In this document: positions 19,876 through 30,054 of the stretch, piece by piece
Layout: the number at the start of each line of letters is the position of its first letter
How positions within the stretch are numbered: position 1 is the first letter of the stretch
From: a virus
Lineage: Duplodnaviria > Caudoviricetes
Reading direction: 5' to 3' (one strand)
Virus record (IMG/VR): IMGVR_UViG_3300016744_000001
Length of the DNA stretch: 64,000 nucleotides
Notes under the pieces: generated by a model
Told to the model about the DNA's origin: nothing
What the model saw: the letters and a program-made list of their open reading frames with translations, nothing else
Databases searched by the model: none
Position numbers and translations under genes: made by a program

Positions 19876-20508
19876 ATGGTGATTGAGAGAAGCGCTTATA
19901 TCTCAGTGGCTTCTACTTTGGATCTCACCTTAAATGCAAAGTACGAGTTACATCAGCGCGAGGTTATCCCAAAGGATAACCATCCCGTGTTGTATTTTGG
20001 CATCGGAATTGGTGGGCTGAACAATGTGTTTCATCCTTTCCAGCCAACTGGGCATGAATACGATCTGTACCACCCAATGCCAATTCGGTGCGTCCCGATT
20101 GATAATGACCTCCTACCGAACGAGATGTTGAAGTATCGAATTCGTGTAAAGCGAGAATTTGATGGGAAGGCATATTTGTGTTATTACCTGAAAGTTCTCG
20201 AGCGTTATCATGGGGGCAGTCGTGCGGTAATCACCTATGCTGAGCTCACAGAAGCAAAACAGCACAATGAGTTCATCTGCACGAATGTCAATGAGATTGG
20301 TTTGTACTCAGGAGAAGACAAACTCATTCTTGATGTAAGAAGTCATAAACGAAATGGGGCATTTCAACGGATGGAATCCTTTGGAACCCAGTTACGGTAT
20401 AAGTTTTGTAACACTGGGCTTGATATTACCGAGAATTACCCAACATACACGAGGGTATTCTTTACAGAAGACGTCAGTGAGCTGGATGACCAGCCCACTG
20501 GTTGCTAA
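19876..20508 (+). CDS. phiKZ-like virion structural protein homolog (short)
   Basis: YFGIGIGG, PIRCVPIDNDL..YRIR and DGKAY..YYLK motifs. Confidence 0.55.
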   Translation: MVIERSAYISVASTLDLTLNAKYELHQREVIPKDNHPVLYFGIGIGGLNNVFHPFQPTGHEYDLYHPMPIRCVPIDNDLLPNEMLKYRIRVKREFDGKAYLCYYLKVLERYHGGSRAVITYAELTEAKQHNEFICTNVNEIGLYSGEDKLILDVRSHKRNGAFQRMESFGTQLRYKFCNTGLDITENYPTYTRVFFTEDVSELDDQPTGC

Positions 20509-20744
20509 GCAAAGCGTCTGGATAGAGGATCACTGTTCGGATAGCTGGCAATGAGCTGCCCACTATCAAAGTAGTGGATGTACGGATCTTTGTAGAAGCT
20601 GTTCGGAACCTTTGCTTCATCGACATAGATTCGTTCACCTGGGATCTCAGGGTTTTGAATCGTGTAGTTCTTACCAACAAACTGGTACCCACTGACGAAT
20701 TGTTTCCCTGAGATCGGGTCCTTGCGGAGTGTGACTGCAATCAT
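20505..20744 (-). CDS. small hypothetical protein
   Basis: GAGGT RBS on the minus strand. Confidence 0.55.
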   Translation of the reverse strand: MIAVTLRKDPISGKQFVSGYQFVGKNYTIQNPEIPGERIYVDEAKVPNSFYKDPYIHYFDSGQLIASYPNSDPLSRRFA

Positions 20745-20804
20745 GTTGCACCTCAGAAGTTAAATGACACCATCACAAGATTAATAGTCTTGGAGGAGTT
20801 TGAT

Positions 20805-21086
20805 ATGCTCGCAGCGTTTATTGTATCATCATTGATTACTCCAATCCTGATTGCCAATATGGGTGGGGCAACAGATGAACAGCGTCAGCTGATGTTCAAC
20901 ATGTCGGTGTGGTGTGATATCATTGTTGTTCCGTTGTTCTTGTTGCTGAGTTGGGTTGTTACGGGACATGATGAATTGATGTTCCTGATTACCATGGCAG
21001 TAGCTGTTCCTCTTTGTGTTATCTACTTCAGGAAGTCATCCCCGGTCAACTGGTATGGCTACGTGATCAAACTGTTGCGCAAATAA
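20805..21086 (+). CDS. small membrane protein
   Basis: GGAGGAG RBS; 3 TM segments. Confidence 0.65.
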   Translation: MLAAFIVSSLITPILIANMGGATDEQRQLMFNMSVWCDIIVVPLFLLLSWVVTGHDELMFLITMAVAVPLCVIYFRKSSPVNWYGYVIKLLRK

Positions 21087-21088
21087 GC

Positions 21089-21131
21089 AGAGCCAGTGCA
21101 CACGAAGTGCACTGGCTCTTTATTTTTTTTG
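21089..21131. terminator. intrinsic terminator between convergent genes
   Basis: 13-bp stem AGAGCCAGTGCAC followed by a T-tract. Confidence 0.8.
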
Positions 21132-21132
21132 T

Positions 21133-23076
21133 TTAGGTGTTCACGACGACATACTTGAGGTTCAGTTCATTCGACGTGATGCCGGCGACGACTTCAGCAC
21201 TCAGTGAGAGTGTGAGTTCCTTCGTTACCGGATTGCGAATGAACTTGACAACAAGAGAAGCCGCTTTGCTGGCGTAGGTGAACGTAGAAACCGCAGTGAT
21301 CTCTTTGTCCGTGCCACAAGGCTCCAAGTTGATGATGAACCGGTTAGAGTTCGATTCCTCAAGATAGAGCTTGATGTTCTTCAGCCGGCTGATGTCGATT
21401 TCCTTTTCAAGGAAGTGCAACAGGGTGAAGTCCTGCCAGCCGCTGTTTGGACGGTTGAGCGGTTGTGAACCAGCCCAGCAGACATGACCATCAGACAGCG
21501 GGATCAAACAAGACTCGGTGTAAGAATCTGGGTTGACCGTATCCCAGTAGTGGGTGGGATTGGGCAGCAGGATGTGATCATCCTCAGGGCTGACAGCTTC
21601 CGTCGGAGAATCAATCAACCGCCAGCAGGATTCAGGACCAGACAGGTCAGCGATGGCGAGGGTTTCTTCTGCACGTTTCAGCTTGAGGCCAATCTGCAGA
21701 TAGACACCACTGCCTTCAACCGTGTTGCGATTGTAGATGATTCGCAGTTGAGGGCGAATCACCTGTTCCAGTTGGCTGTTGTCTTGGTACGGGATGTAAC
21801 CCTGAGGAATCAGCGAGGCGATCGTCTGGACGTTCATTTCGTGGGGAAGCAGCAGTGTTGGGTCATCCTTGTTGATGTTGACCGCAACAGTAAAGTCGAT
21901 CAACATCTTGCTGTACAAGGTCTGCAACTGGAAGTGAGCAATGTCAGCTGTGTACACATCACCAGCAGTACCATTGTTATTGGCAACCTGGTAAAGCTTG
22001 GCGATTGTCCACCAGTGCAGGTCACTGTCTACCGCAGTGATTTTCTTGAGCAGACAACCACCGGTGTCGGCGTATGATGGTTGACCTTTCTGGGAAAGCT
22101 TTCTCACTTCATCCTCCAGTGCTTTTATTTTGGCAGCAACCTGCATCATCAACGGCGTAGCACCAAGGGTGTTGGCAGTGAGAATTTGAGCTGCTGTGAC
22201 GTAGTTGTACATGTTGGTCAACGATTCCGACAGCTGACGAATGTCATACTGCGTGACAGAACCACCATAGGCATGGTACTTGATAGTCACCGGACCAACG
22301 AAGGCAGTCAAGAAGACTACCAGTTGGTAGACACCAGATGCATTGCTGGTGTTGTACATCCCGTAAGGATCGGGAGCCGTGATGATGTAATCAGTACCTT
22401 CTTTGAGGTATTCATCAGCAGGATGTCCATCAGTCGTGGTGTACTCTCCACGAACAATGATCATACTGTCGCGGAAGAATGCACCAGCTACTGGGAAGAG
22501 AACCTTCTTGTTAGCGGTGGTATCAATCGTCCAGACCTCACCATCAACCAAGTTGGTGCTGGCATATTCCTTGTTGGGGTCAGGCGGCAGCAGCATTGGC
22601 TTCTTTTCAGTGGAAGCATGAACATCCTTGACTGGTGCTGTTGCCAATTTGAGATTGTCAACATCCTGCAGCAACGCCCAGATAACTTCAGGTGTGATTA
22701 CTGTGTTGTTATTGGGGTTCTGTAGAATGAAACTGATTTCATTCGGATAAAGCTGGTTGTAGGCACAGTTAAGGGCGTACGGGGCAACGTAGGGTTTCAA
22801 GATGGTGAATGATTTGATCAGCTTCTTGTCAAAAGAAGGATCAAGTAGAGTCATTCGACCCATGGCATCCCAATCGTAGTCATCCTTCGTGATTGTCCAG
22901 TCGAAGTCCCGAACGAAAGGTGATGTCACGGTACCTTCAAGTGTAACCTGAAGAGTCTCCAGAAAAACAGGATTGAAGAGTTCAATCCGTTGGGAGTCAG
23001 TGATGACACATTTCTTTTGGTTCGGAACGTAGTAAGCAGGATTTGTTCCGGTTTTATCTGGAATAAAGTACGCCAT
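21133..23076 (-). CDS. virion structural (baseplate/tail) protein
   Basis: Two D.TG.NP/DPN...NLV.GE modules and P..GAFF, typical of phiKZ-like baseplate proteins. Confidence 0.6.
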   Translation of the reverse strand: MAYFIPDKTGTNPAYYVPNQKKCVITDSQRIELFNPVFLETLQVTLEGTVTSPFVRDFDWTITKDDYDWDAMGRMTLLDPSFDKKLIKSFTILKPYVAPYALNCAYNQLYPNEISFILQNPNNNTVITPEVIWALLQDVDNLKLATAPVKDVHASTEKKPMLLPPDPNKEYASTNLVDGEVWTIDTTANKKVLFPVAGAFFRDSMIIVRGEYTTTDGHPADEYLKEGTDYIITAPDPYGMYNTSNASGVYQLVVFLTAFVGPVTIKYHAYGGSVTQYDIRQLSESLTNMYNYVTAAQILTANTLGATPLMMQVAAKIKALEDEVRKLSQKGQPSYADTGGCLLKKITAVDSDLHWWTIAKLYQVANNNGTAGDVYTADIAHFQLQTLYSKMLIDFTVAVNINKDDPTLLLPHEMNVQTIASLIPQGYIPYQDNSQLEQVIRPQLRIIYNRNTVEGSGVYLQIGLKLKRAEETLAIADLSGPESCWRLIDSPTEAVSPEDDHILLPNPTHYWDTVNPDSYTESCLIPLSDGHVCWAGSQPLNRPNSGWQDFTLLHFLEKEIDISRLKNIKLYLEESNSNRFIINLEPCGTDKEITAVSTFTYASKAASLVVKFIRNPVTKELTLSLSAEVVAGITSNELNLKYVVVNT

Positions 23077-23080
23077 GACC

Positions 23081-23686
23081 TCACGCTCCCAGCTTCTTTA
23101 CCAATTCAGTAAGTTTTTGATTCGCCGTTTTCAGTTGACTGATTTCGTTTGCTTGCCGAACTGTTTCAGTAAAGAAGTTCAATGTTTTTGTCGCAGTCTT
23201 GTTTCTTTCGGCACTGATCTGTTTGTACTCATCTTCCGTAAGATACTGATATTGTACCGCAGTCAGTTTTGGTTCTGCCGTAATTCCCAAGGCTCCCTTG
23301 ACTTGATCTGACACCTGAGTCATCAAGTAATCAAGCCCAGCGTCATCTTGGTAGATACCAAGAGGAATGAAAAGAACCAGTTTCCCATACTTTTGTACGG
23401 GATAGAGTGGCTGAGAGCTGCACAATCCCTCAGGGATGAAGCGCTCCGTCAGGCCGTCTGGGGTAACAAGTTTATAGATTGTTTGAGTACGGAAAGCGAC
23501 GACATCTTTGTCATACGTTTCTTTCGATACTTTCAACGGTGAATACGTTTGATCGTAAAGTGAAATGTTGTCTTTGAACAATTCATCGTACGAGTATGTG
23601 CGAACAAGAGTGTACACACCGTCATAATCAGCAAAAGCTGGTAAAAAGCTGAATTTATATGTCCAGCCTGTCTGGATTACTGCCAT
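23081..23686 (-). CDS. putative virion structural protein
   Basis: Adjacent to 21133-23076 on the same strand; C-terminal coiled coil; likely start MAVIQ after GGAGG. Confidence 0.55.
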   Translation of the reverse strand: MAVIQTGWTYKFSFLPAFADYDGVYTLVRTYSYDELFKDNISLYDQTYSPLKVSKETYDKDVVAFRTQTIYKLVTPDGLTERFIPEGLCSSQPLYPVQKYGKLVLFIPLGIYQDDAGLDYLMTQVSDQVKGALGITAEPKLTAVQYQYLTEDEYKQISAERNKTATKTLNFFTETVRQANEISQLKTANQKLTELVKKLGA

Positions 23687-23773
23687 GGTAATGATCCTCC
23701 CAAGGATAGAGGCAATATGTTTACGCATACCTTGAAAGCGTTATATTAAACTTGTAGCAAAGAAGGGGGTATT

Positions 23774-24196
23774 ATGCGGAAGGAATCTGAGTCTTTTCTT
23801 CATGAAACAAATACTTGGATTGTGAAGAAAAGGAACGGTCAGTCTGAAAAGTTTAATGGCTACAAGCTTAAAAAAGCAATCTTGAAGTCAATGAAGTCAG
23901 TGGAGTGTAAACTCGCTGGTGGAATTGGCGACTTTAAAGAAGAAGTGAAGATGGCGACAATTGTCACCATTCAGGTTTGTGCTGAATTGGAGCGAGCAAT
24001 CAGGATCGGTAAAGTTCAGGAAACTGAAATCTACACTGACCTGATTCGGTACTTCTGCGAACGTGAGCTTGCTCATCAGTACTTTGAAGCAGCGAAGAAG
24101 TTCATCATTGTTGGTGAACAGTTGAACACCAGTGAACGACAATGTCTTGACTTGGTGTGTGATTTTAGCCGGGAACATGTTGGACTGTGTAGGTAA
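23774..24196 (+). CDS. stand-alone ATP-cone domain protein
   Basis: WIVKKRNGQSEKFNGYKLKKAI...E..L...YFEAAKKFI. Confidence 0.75.
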   Translation: MRKESESFLHETNTWIVKKRNGQSEKFNGYKLKKAILKSMKSVECKLAGGIGDFKEEVKMATIVTIQVCAELERAIRIGKVQETEIYTDLIRYFCERELAHQYFEAAKKFIIVGEQLNTSERQCLDLVCDFSREHVGLCR

Positions 24197-24215
24197 ATGA
24201 TGATTCTTTAAAGAA

Positions 24216-24231
24216 TATATTACTAGAAGGA
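24216..24231 (+). promoter_or_regulatory. phage early promoter motif
   Basis: TATATTAC-tagaag-GA. Confidence 0.7.
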
Positions 24232-24268
24232 TGACACTTCTTCAGTAACTTTCTTTAAGGAGACTACC

Positions 24269-25324
24269 ATGCCCTCAGTTATCGGTATTGGAAAGAAACC
24301 AGCGGTGATTGACTTGCAAGCTGCAATGGATCGGTTGGGTCAGGGGTTTGAACCTGGGCAACCGTTAACAGTGGAAAGTTTGCAGATGCCGCAGGTGCCC
24401 ACCTTTGATTTGGAGCGGCTGACGCAATACCAGAAAATGGAACAGGACGTATCTAATTTTGCGCAGTTCCCGCTCAGGTACGCAACCAGAAATGAGATGA
24501 TCAACAACATGATGTTCCTGGCTGGACAGTTCTCCAGCTATCTGGAACAAATGACTGCAGCCGGACAGGTGTCTTGTCTGGATGACATTCCGGTACCACT
24601 GGAAATCACACCGCACTATGTGTGCTTGTTGGTACATTACACCCGCAATTCTGACATTAAGAGTCAGATCAGCATGCATGGCTCTTTGCGCGGTCTGGCT
24701 GCCAACCAGAACTTCATGGACGACATGTCCTATCATATCCGGAACTACTTCAATGATCGTTCTGGATTGGTCAATCAGGACACTGAAGGCCTGCCGATGT
24801 TCCTTTATGAATGGCGGTTGTGTAATCGGTTCATGGAACCAATCCCAATGGGCAACCTTGGAGCAATGTCGTTGATCGAGGTCGTCCGTGCTACCCCAAA
24901 ACGGGTCAAAGAGTTCTTGCGGTGGTACAAGAATATGGATGACAGAACAGCTTCCTATCCCCTGACTGCTACCGACGGTGAAAAAGTAGTTCAGGGTATT
25001 AAAGTAAAACCAACCAAGGTCAGAACGGGTCCGCTGTCCGACAAGATGTTCAAGGTGATCGGCGCTGCCAATGTGTACACCGCTGATCAGCTGTTTGATG
25101 AACATGCTGAACTGGCAGACATGCTCTGGGCTGGCTATAGCAAATACTTGTTCAACACTTTAACTTGTGGCCTCAACCGGATCTTATCACGCAAGATGAA
25201 ATTGGATCGGGTGATGGGGATCACAACAGCATTCGAACGTCTGGTTGGAGACTTCCCTTATTTTGAATTGCTTGATGGTTGTGAGGAAACAACCGTCCGC
25301 AATCTGCAGGCAATGTCCGAGTAG
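24269..25324 (+). CDS. hypothetical early protein
   Basis: 351 aa; AAGGAG RBS. Confidence 0.8.
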   Translation: MPSVIGIGKKPAVIDLQAAMDRLGQGFEPGQPLTVESLQMPQVPTFDLERLTQYQKMEQDVSNFAQFPLRYATRNEMINNMMFLAGQFSSYLEQMTAAGQVSCLDDIPVPLEITPHYVCLLVHYTRNSDIKSQISMHGSLRGLAANQNFMDDMSYHIRNYFNDRSGLVNQDTEGLPMFLYEWRLCNRFMEPIPMGNLGAMSLIEVVRATPKRVKEFLRWYKNMDDRTASYPLTATDGEKVVQGIKVKPTKVRTGPLSDKMFKVIGAANVYTADQLFDEHAELADMLWAGYSKYLFNTLTCGLNRILSRKMKLDRVMGITTAFERLVGDFPYFELLDGCEETTVRNLQAMSE

Positions 25325-25461
25325 TCTAGTTAATTCATATCGGACAGACTAGCAGCCAGCCCAACTGGCTGCTAGTCTGCATGTAACAGTTTTACCCTCA
25401 TAGTGAGGAGTACTATCGAGTACGCTTTGTACTAATCTTTGGTGTTCATCGGAGTTTAATC

Positions 25462-26295
25462 ATGAACAAATATCTTACCCTTCGAGTGGTTTTGTGCATC
25501 ATGTTTCTGGTGGTTATTGGTTTCTCGTGTTCCTCGGCGAAAGCTTCTGAGTATGAATACGGAACCAGCTTCATTCAACATGATGCCTACGCCGCATCAA
25601 TGCCTGTTACTTTCAACAAGAAGACTGACCAACTTGACCGGACAGTCGAACTGCTGAGAGCGCTTTCGGATAAGTGCTATCCTTTTGTGCTTCTTCCGAA
25701 TGACGACAAGTTGCTCACCCTGAAGGCAGCGGATCTGACAGATTGGTGCTACAAAAATGCTCTCAACGACATGGACAACCAAGACAAACAATTGGTTCGT
25801 ACCTGGTTTGGTGGGGCATACTTGGACATTAAGAAGTTGTCGAACACGGTGTACTCAGTGCTTGACACGCTTGGTTACACCAAGAATCGCAAGAAGACGC
25901 ACGATTTACTGATGGAAACTGCAGCAATCGAATCTGATATGGGTTTGGTTGTCCAACAGAAGGGTGGTCCAGCGCAAGGTATTTTTCAGCTTGTTCCAGC
26001 AACTGATCGCTGCACCATGAAAGAAATCAAAAAGCTCAACCCTGAAGCGTATGAAAAGATCATGCGGTACTACGACCACTCAAAGTCGGCGAGTTGGAAC
26101 CGTAAGTACAATGTTCAGTATGGAGCTGCAGTGAGCCTAACGTATTATTGTCTTGTCACCAAATTCCAGTTGGATGACAAGATTGGAACGAGGTCAGCAC
26201 GAGCCTCGCTCTATAAAAAGAAATACAACACAAACACCTACAGCTACCTGATTCCCAGGTACCTTTCTCGTGCAGAGAAACATCACCTTGGCTAG
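25462..26295 (+). CDS. secreted lysozyme-like / transglycosylase protein
   Basis: Signal peptide (AKA|SE); ETAAIES...GGPAQGIFQ..PAT lysozyme-fold motif. Confidence 0.6.
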   Translation: MNKYLTLRVVLCIMFLVVIGFSCSSAKASEYEYGTSFIQHDAYAASMPVTFNKKTDQLDRTVELLRALSDKCYPFVLLPNDDKLLTLKAADLTDWCYKNALNDMDNQDKQLVRTWFGGAYLDIKKLSNTVYSVLDTLGYTKNRKKTHDLLMETAAIESDMGLVVQQKGGPAQGIFQLVPATDRCTMKEIKKLNPEAYEKIMRYYDHSKSASWNRKYNVQYGAAVSLTYYCLVTKFQLDDKIGTRSARASLYKKKYNTNTYSYLIPRYLSRAEKHHLG

Positions 26296-26354
26296 TTGAC
26301 TTTTACGGATACCTGTGGGCATATGCCCACAGGTATCCATCCACTGGAGAAAAC

Positions 26355-26801
26355 ATGAATCGTCCGTATCCCTTGAAGATTGGTTTGGTCGTCACACCTG
26401 AAGTGGAGAACACAATTCTCACAGATCTTCAGGACGAGCATCCTGCAATCGCATTATTTTTTAGCATGCCCAGGTTGGGCATGAATGACAGTGACTACTT
26501 GCCAGTCATCGGGCTTACAGGACAATCTCCTGACTTTGAGCATCCACTACCGACTGGCAGATTCTGGAAAACATTCAACATGGATCAGATTGATTTCTAT
26601 AAAGAGAAGGTGGTTCCGATTTTGTATCCATTCTTAGCAAGCATGGACAATGAGGAATCATTTTACCGGAAACATCGTTATCTGTTTGTGGAAATTGGTT
26701 TGACTAGAAATAGTCTCCTTATGAAAGGTGACTTTTATGACAACAATGTGCTGTTTGCCTTGAAGACAGCAATTTGGCCATTCGAAAACACTGCGAACTA
26801 A
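26355..26801 (+). CDS. hypothetical protein
   Basis: GGAG RBS; 148 aa. Confidence 0.7.
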   Translation: MNRPYPLKIGLVVTPEVENTILTDLQDEHPAIALFFSMPRLGMNDSDYLPVIGLTGQSPDFEHPLPTGRFWKTFNMDQIDFYKEKVVPILYPFLASMDNEESFYRKHRYLFVEIGLTRNSLLMKGDFYDNNVLFALKTAIWPFENTAN

Positions 26802-26811
26802 CGAGGGATCT

Positions 26812-27468
26812 ATGTTAGCTGAAATGGAAATTCTTGGTCAACGATTGTTGTTCAGTGAGTGGAAAAATTTTGGTCGACAGATGTCAGAAGAAACCAAAGA
26901 ACTGTGCACTGAGTTCTCAGCGTTACTTTTGAAAAATTTGACAACCGTAAGCTTCAAAGAAGTTTTTAAATATCTCACACAACAGGCACAAACTGATGAT
27001 AACCTGAAAAAGTTCGAATCTGGCTACCTAATGGAATATAAAAATTGGTGTCGTCATCTGGATCGATTCCGATCAGGACCATCACGATCAGCGGCATTTA
27101 GCTTTGAAGCACATTTGAGTTGGCTTGAAGAGTTTGCTGACTGTGAGGATACCTTGCTGCAGCACGCTCGAATCGTGCCAATTCCAAGAAAACAAAAGTA
27201 CATGCCAATGCTTTTTGACCAATTGACTTATGAGATTGGTCGGAATGTCTTAGTGTGTTTTGACTCATGGAACGGTGACACTGAATATGCTCAGGTTGGA
27301 TCTGAATGTCAGGCCTATCTGGTGATCAGAGCAATCAACCTTGCGTTTATCATCTTTCGGATGACTCTCGAACTGAAAAAGAAACAACCGGCGGTGTCAA
27401 AACGATTCAGAAAGAGGATCTTTCGTCGCACCAGAATTTTTGGAGGCCAGCATGGACAAAACAAATAG
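26812..27468 (+). CDS. hypothetical protein (paralog of next gene)
   Basis: MPMLFDQLTYE...IRAINLAF. Confidence 0.75.
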   Translation: MLAEMEILGQRLLFSEWKNFGRQMSEETKELCTEFSALLLKNLTTVSFKEVFKYLTQQAQTDDNLKKFESGYLMEYKNWCRHLDRFRSGPSRSAAFSFEAHLSWLEEFADCEDTLLQHARIVPIPRKQKYMPMLFDQLTYEIGRNVLVCFDSWNGDTEYAQVGSECQAYLVIRAINLAFIIFRMTLELKKKQPAVSKRFRKRIFRRTRIFGGQHGQNK

Positions 27469-28168
27469 TGAGCTTCTTGAAGAACTTTTTTGGGAAGAAG
27501 TGAAGCAGTTGGATGCACCGTCAACTGCCCGGGCAGCTGAACTACAAGAGTATTTTGCGGAGCGGTGTATTGACCTTGATGGTTTCCTACGAGTGGAACA
27601 CATCTTTGATTTTCTGGTCAATCATGCAAAGTGCGAATGGGTGCTGGCGAAGTTTATGTTGTTCAAAGGTGCCGAGTACAAGGTGTGGCGCAACAAGGGG
27701 AAGAACTGGTTGCAACGGTTATTCCGAGTTACCCAGACACCAGGGTTTGACATGGATGACCAGCTCCGGTACCTGCGAAGGTTTATCAATAGTTGTCGGT
27801 TGATCAAAGCTGATGATGATTCTTGGATACAAGCGTATCCAAAAACAATTGACAAGACAATGCCCATGTTTGACCAGCTAAACTATGAAGTATCCAGAGA
27901 CTGTTTGCGGTGTTTGGACTTCATTGATCCTGATTACATTTTCATTACCAGCCAGAAATCTGGTGAAGCCTTACTCATGATTCGTGCGGTCAATCTGGCA
28001 TTTGAGATTGGCCGGCGGGTTTATGAGAAACAAAAGGCTCAGCTTAAGGTTGAAGCAGAAGCACAAATGAAATTGGGAAAACCACCCAGAAAATCGAGGA
28101 AAGTGCATGGCATTCGACTTAACTACCCTCAAAGTCGTAAAGGTAAAAGACCTTCCGTCGGTAAATGA
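27452..28168 (+). CDS. hypothetical protein (paralog of previous gene)
   Basis: MPMFDQLNYE...IRAVNLAF; GGAGG RBS. Confidence 0.75.
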   Translation: MDKTNSELLEELFWEEVKQLDAPSTARAAELQEYFAERCIDLDGFLRVEHIFDFLVNHAKCEWVLAKFMLFKGAEYKVWRNKGKNWLQRLFRVTQTPGFDMDDQLRYLRRFINSCRLIKADDDSWIQAYPKTIDKTMPMFDQLNYEVSRDCLRCLDFIDPDYIFITSQKSGEALLMIRAVNLAFEIGRRVYEKQKAQLKVEAEAQMKLGKPPRKSRKVHGIRLNYPQSRKGKRPSVGK

Positions 28169-30014
28169 CTTTGAAGGGATACAGCAGGTATACAAAAAGT
28201 TGGTGACGTTTCTACAGCAGTGTGCTGACACGTACTACAATGATTCACGAACGATCATCACTGATGGTGAGTATGATGCCTTGATGGATCGACTTGCCCT
28301 GTATGAACAATACTACCCAATTCTTGTCGACCCAAAGTCACCCACCAGAACAGTGGGTGCTTCAGTGACAATTCGGGAAAATGAATCGATCGTGGAACAC
28401 AAACCAGCCCTGCAGTCTTTGGCAAAAACCAACACAGTGGAAGAGCTGCAGCACTGGTTGAAAAAATCCTTAGCTGAGTTGGCTAAGTCGGGGATCATGA
28501 CAAAACACATCACAATGTCATTGGAGCACAAGCTCGATGGCTTGATGTGCCGAGCGATTTATCGCAAAGGGGACCTGACCAGTTTGTCTTTACGTGGGGA
28601 TGGACACGAAGGAGCTGAAATGATCAACACGATCAAGCTCCTTCGCAAACGTCCTGACTTTAGGTTGAAAGGACTTCCTTTACGGGTTGTACCAATGCCG
28701 CCAGATCCACAGTGGGATGGTGATTATGTCACCAACTTCTTGACCCCACCGGAGTACCTGGATATCTGTGGAGAGTTGGTGATCTCAAGAGATGACTTCA
28801 AAGCAGTTAACAAACTGCTGATGAACAATGGTCAACCACCATACCCCACACCACGGCATGCTGCCGGGGCATTGGTGAGTTTGAGATCATTCAACTATTT
28901 GACCTTCGTATTGCATTCTGTCAACAGTTTGCAAATCAAAGATGGTCGCAAGCAGATTGAGGTGTTTGAGAACTATCTGGATGCCGTGGCTTGGTTGACA
29001 ACGACCAGCCATTTCAGAACAGTTCCATTCATGCCAATCCGGCTGAAGGATCATGACTACTGGGACCAGATCATACAGAATCTGAGTATCCTTGCTGAGC
29101 GCCGGAAGAACGATCCAGAGTTCACCACTGATGGTGCCGTACTCAAGTTTACAGAGACTGCGCACAGAGAACTTCTTGGTAAGACTCGGAAAGCACCACG
29201 CTGGGCAATTGCGTTCAAGTTCCCGAATGAAGCTGCAACCACCAAGTTGTTAGATGTTGCATGGGGGATTGGACGCACTGGTGTGCTCACTCCGGTTGCT
29301 CAGCTTGAACCAGTTGAGATTGGTAATGTCTGTATTACCAAAGCCACGATCAGCAATCCCTTTATCCTTAAGAAACTTGACTTGCACATCAACGACCATG
29401 TCTTGGTGCATCGAGCGAATGATGTCATTCCAAAGATTCTTGGTGCGATTCCAGAATTGAGGGATGAAACCGTGAAAAAGATTGAAGTTCCTGAGCACTG
29501 TTTTATTTGTGGTGAGGAACTGAAGATCATTGGGTCGGAACTGTATTGCCCCAATCGGCAGTGTAATGGTCAGTTGTTGGCACAATTGGCATACGCAGCA
29601 TCTCGGGCAGTATTCGATCTCAAGTTCATGAGTCAAAAATTGATCTCAGGATTGTTTGAGAGCGGCGTTGTGTCCAGACCCGAACACTTCTTCATGATTA
29701 CGAAAAAAGACGTTCCTGAGTCAATCTCATGCTCTCCTGCGGTACTCAAGACTGTCTTCAAATACATCACTCGTTCCAGAGAGAAGAAGCTCACCCCAGT
29801 GACTGCGTTGATGTCACTGTCAATTCCGTTGCTGAGTAAGGCTTCATGTGAAGAGGTGATTCACCATGTTGGATCACTTCGTAGGTTACTTTCAACACGA
29901 GTGGATAAAGAGTTGTTAAGGAAAAGCAAGATGTGGAGAACGCTGTACGACTACATGAGTGATGAGCAAATTAAAACTTCACTCAAGGTATTCAGTGATA
30001 TGCTTGAAAAATAG
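28107..30014 (+). CDS. ligA: NAD-dependent DNA ligase (no obvious BRCT domain)
   Basis: YY..ITDGEYD, EHKLDG, DGAVLK, PRWAIAFKF, GRTGVLTP, RANDVIP motifs and C4 Zn finger. Confidence 0.95.
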   Translation: MAFDLTTLKVVKVKDLPSVNDFEGIQQVYKKLVTFLQQCADTYYNDSRTIITDGEYDALMDRLALYEQYYPILVDPKSPTRTVGASVTIRENESIVEHKPALQSLAKTNTVEELQHWLKKSLAELAKSGIMTKHITMSLEHKLDGLMCRAIYRKGDLTSLSLRGDGHEGAEMINTIKLLRKRPDFRLKGLPLRVVPMPPDPQWDGDYVTNFLTPPEYLDICGELVISRDDFKAVNKLLMNNGQPPYPTPRHAAGALVSLRSFNYLTFVLHSVNSLQIKDGRKQIEVFENYLDAVAWLTTTSHFRTVPFMPIRLKDHDYWDQIIQNLSILAERRKNDPEFTTDGAVLKFTETAHRELLGKTRKAPRWAIAFKFPNEAATTKLLDVAWGIGRTGVLTPVAQLEPVEIGNVCITKATISNPFILKKLDLHINDHVLVHRANDVIPKILGAIPELRDETVKKIEVPEHCFICGEELKIIGSELYCPNRQCNGQLLAQLAYAASRAVFDLKFMSQKLISGLFESGVVSRPEHFFMITKKDVPESISCSPAVLKTVFKYITRSREKKLTPVTALMSLSIPLLSKASCEEVIHHVGSLRRLLSTRVDKELLRKSKMWRTLYDYMSDEQIKTSLKVFSDMLEK

Positions 30015-30038
30015 CGTGATCCATTCTTAAGTTGCAAA

Positions 30039-30054
30039 CATATTACTTAGGTGA
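30039..30054 (+). promoter_or_regulatory. phage early promoter driving the structured non-coding region
   Basis: CATATTAC-ttaggt-GA; no RBS/ORF follows. Confidence 0.65.
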
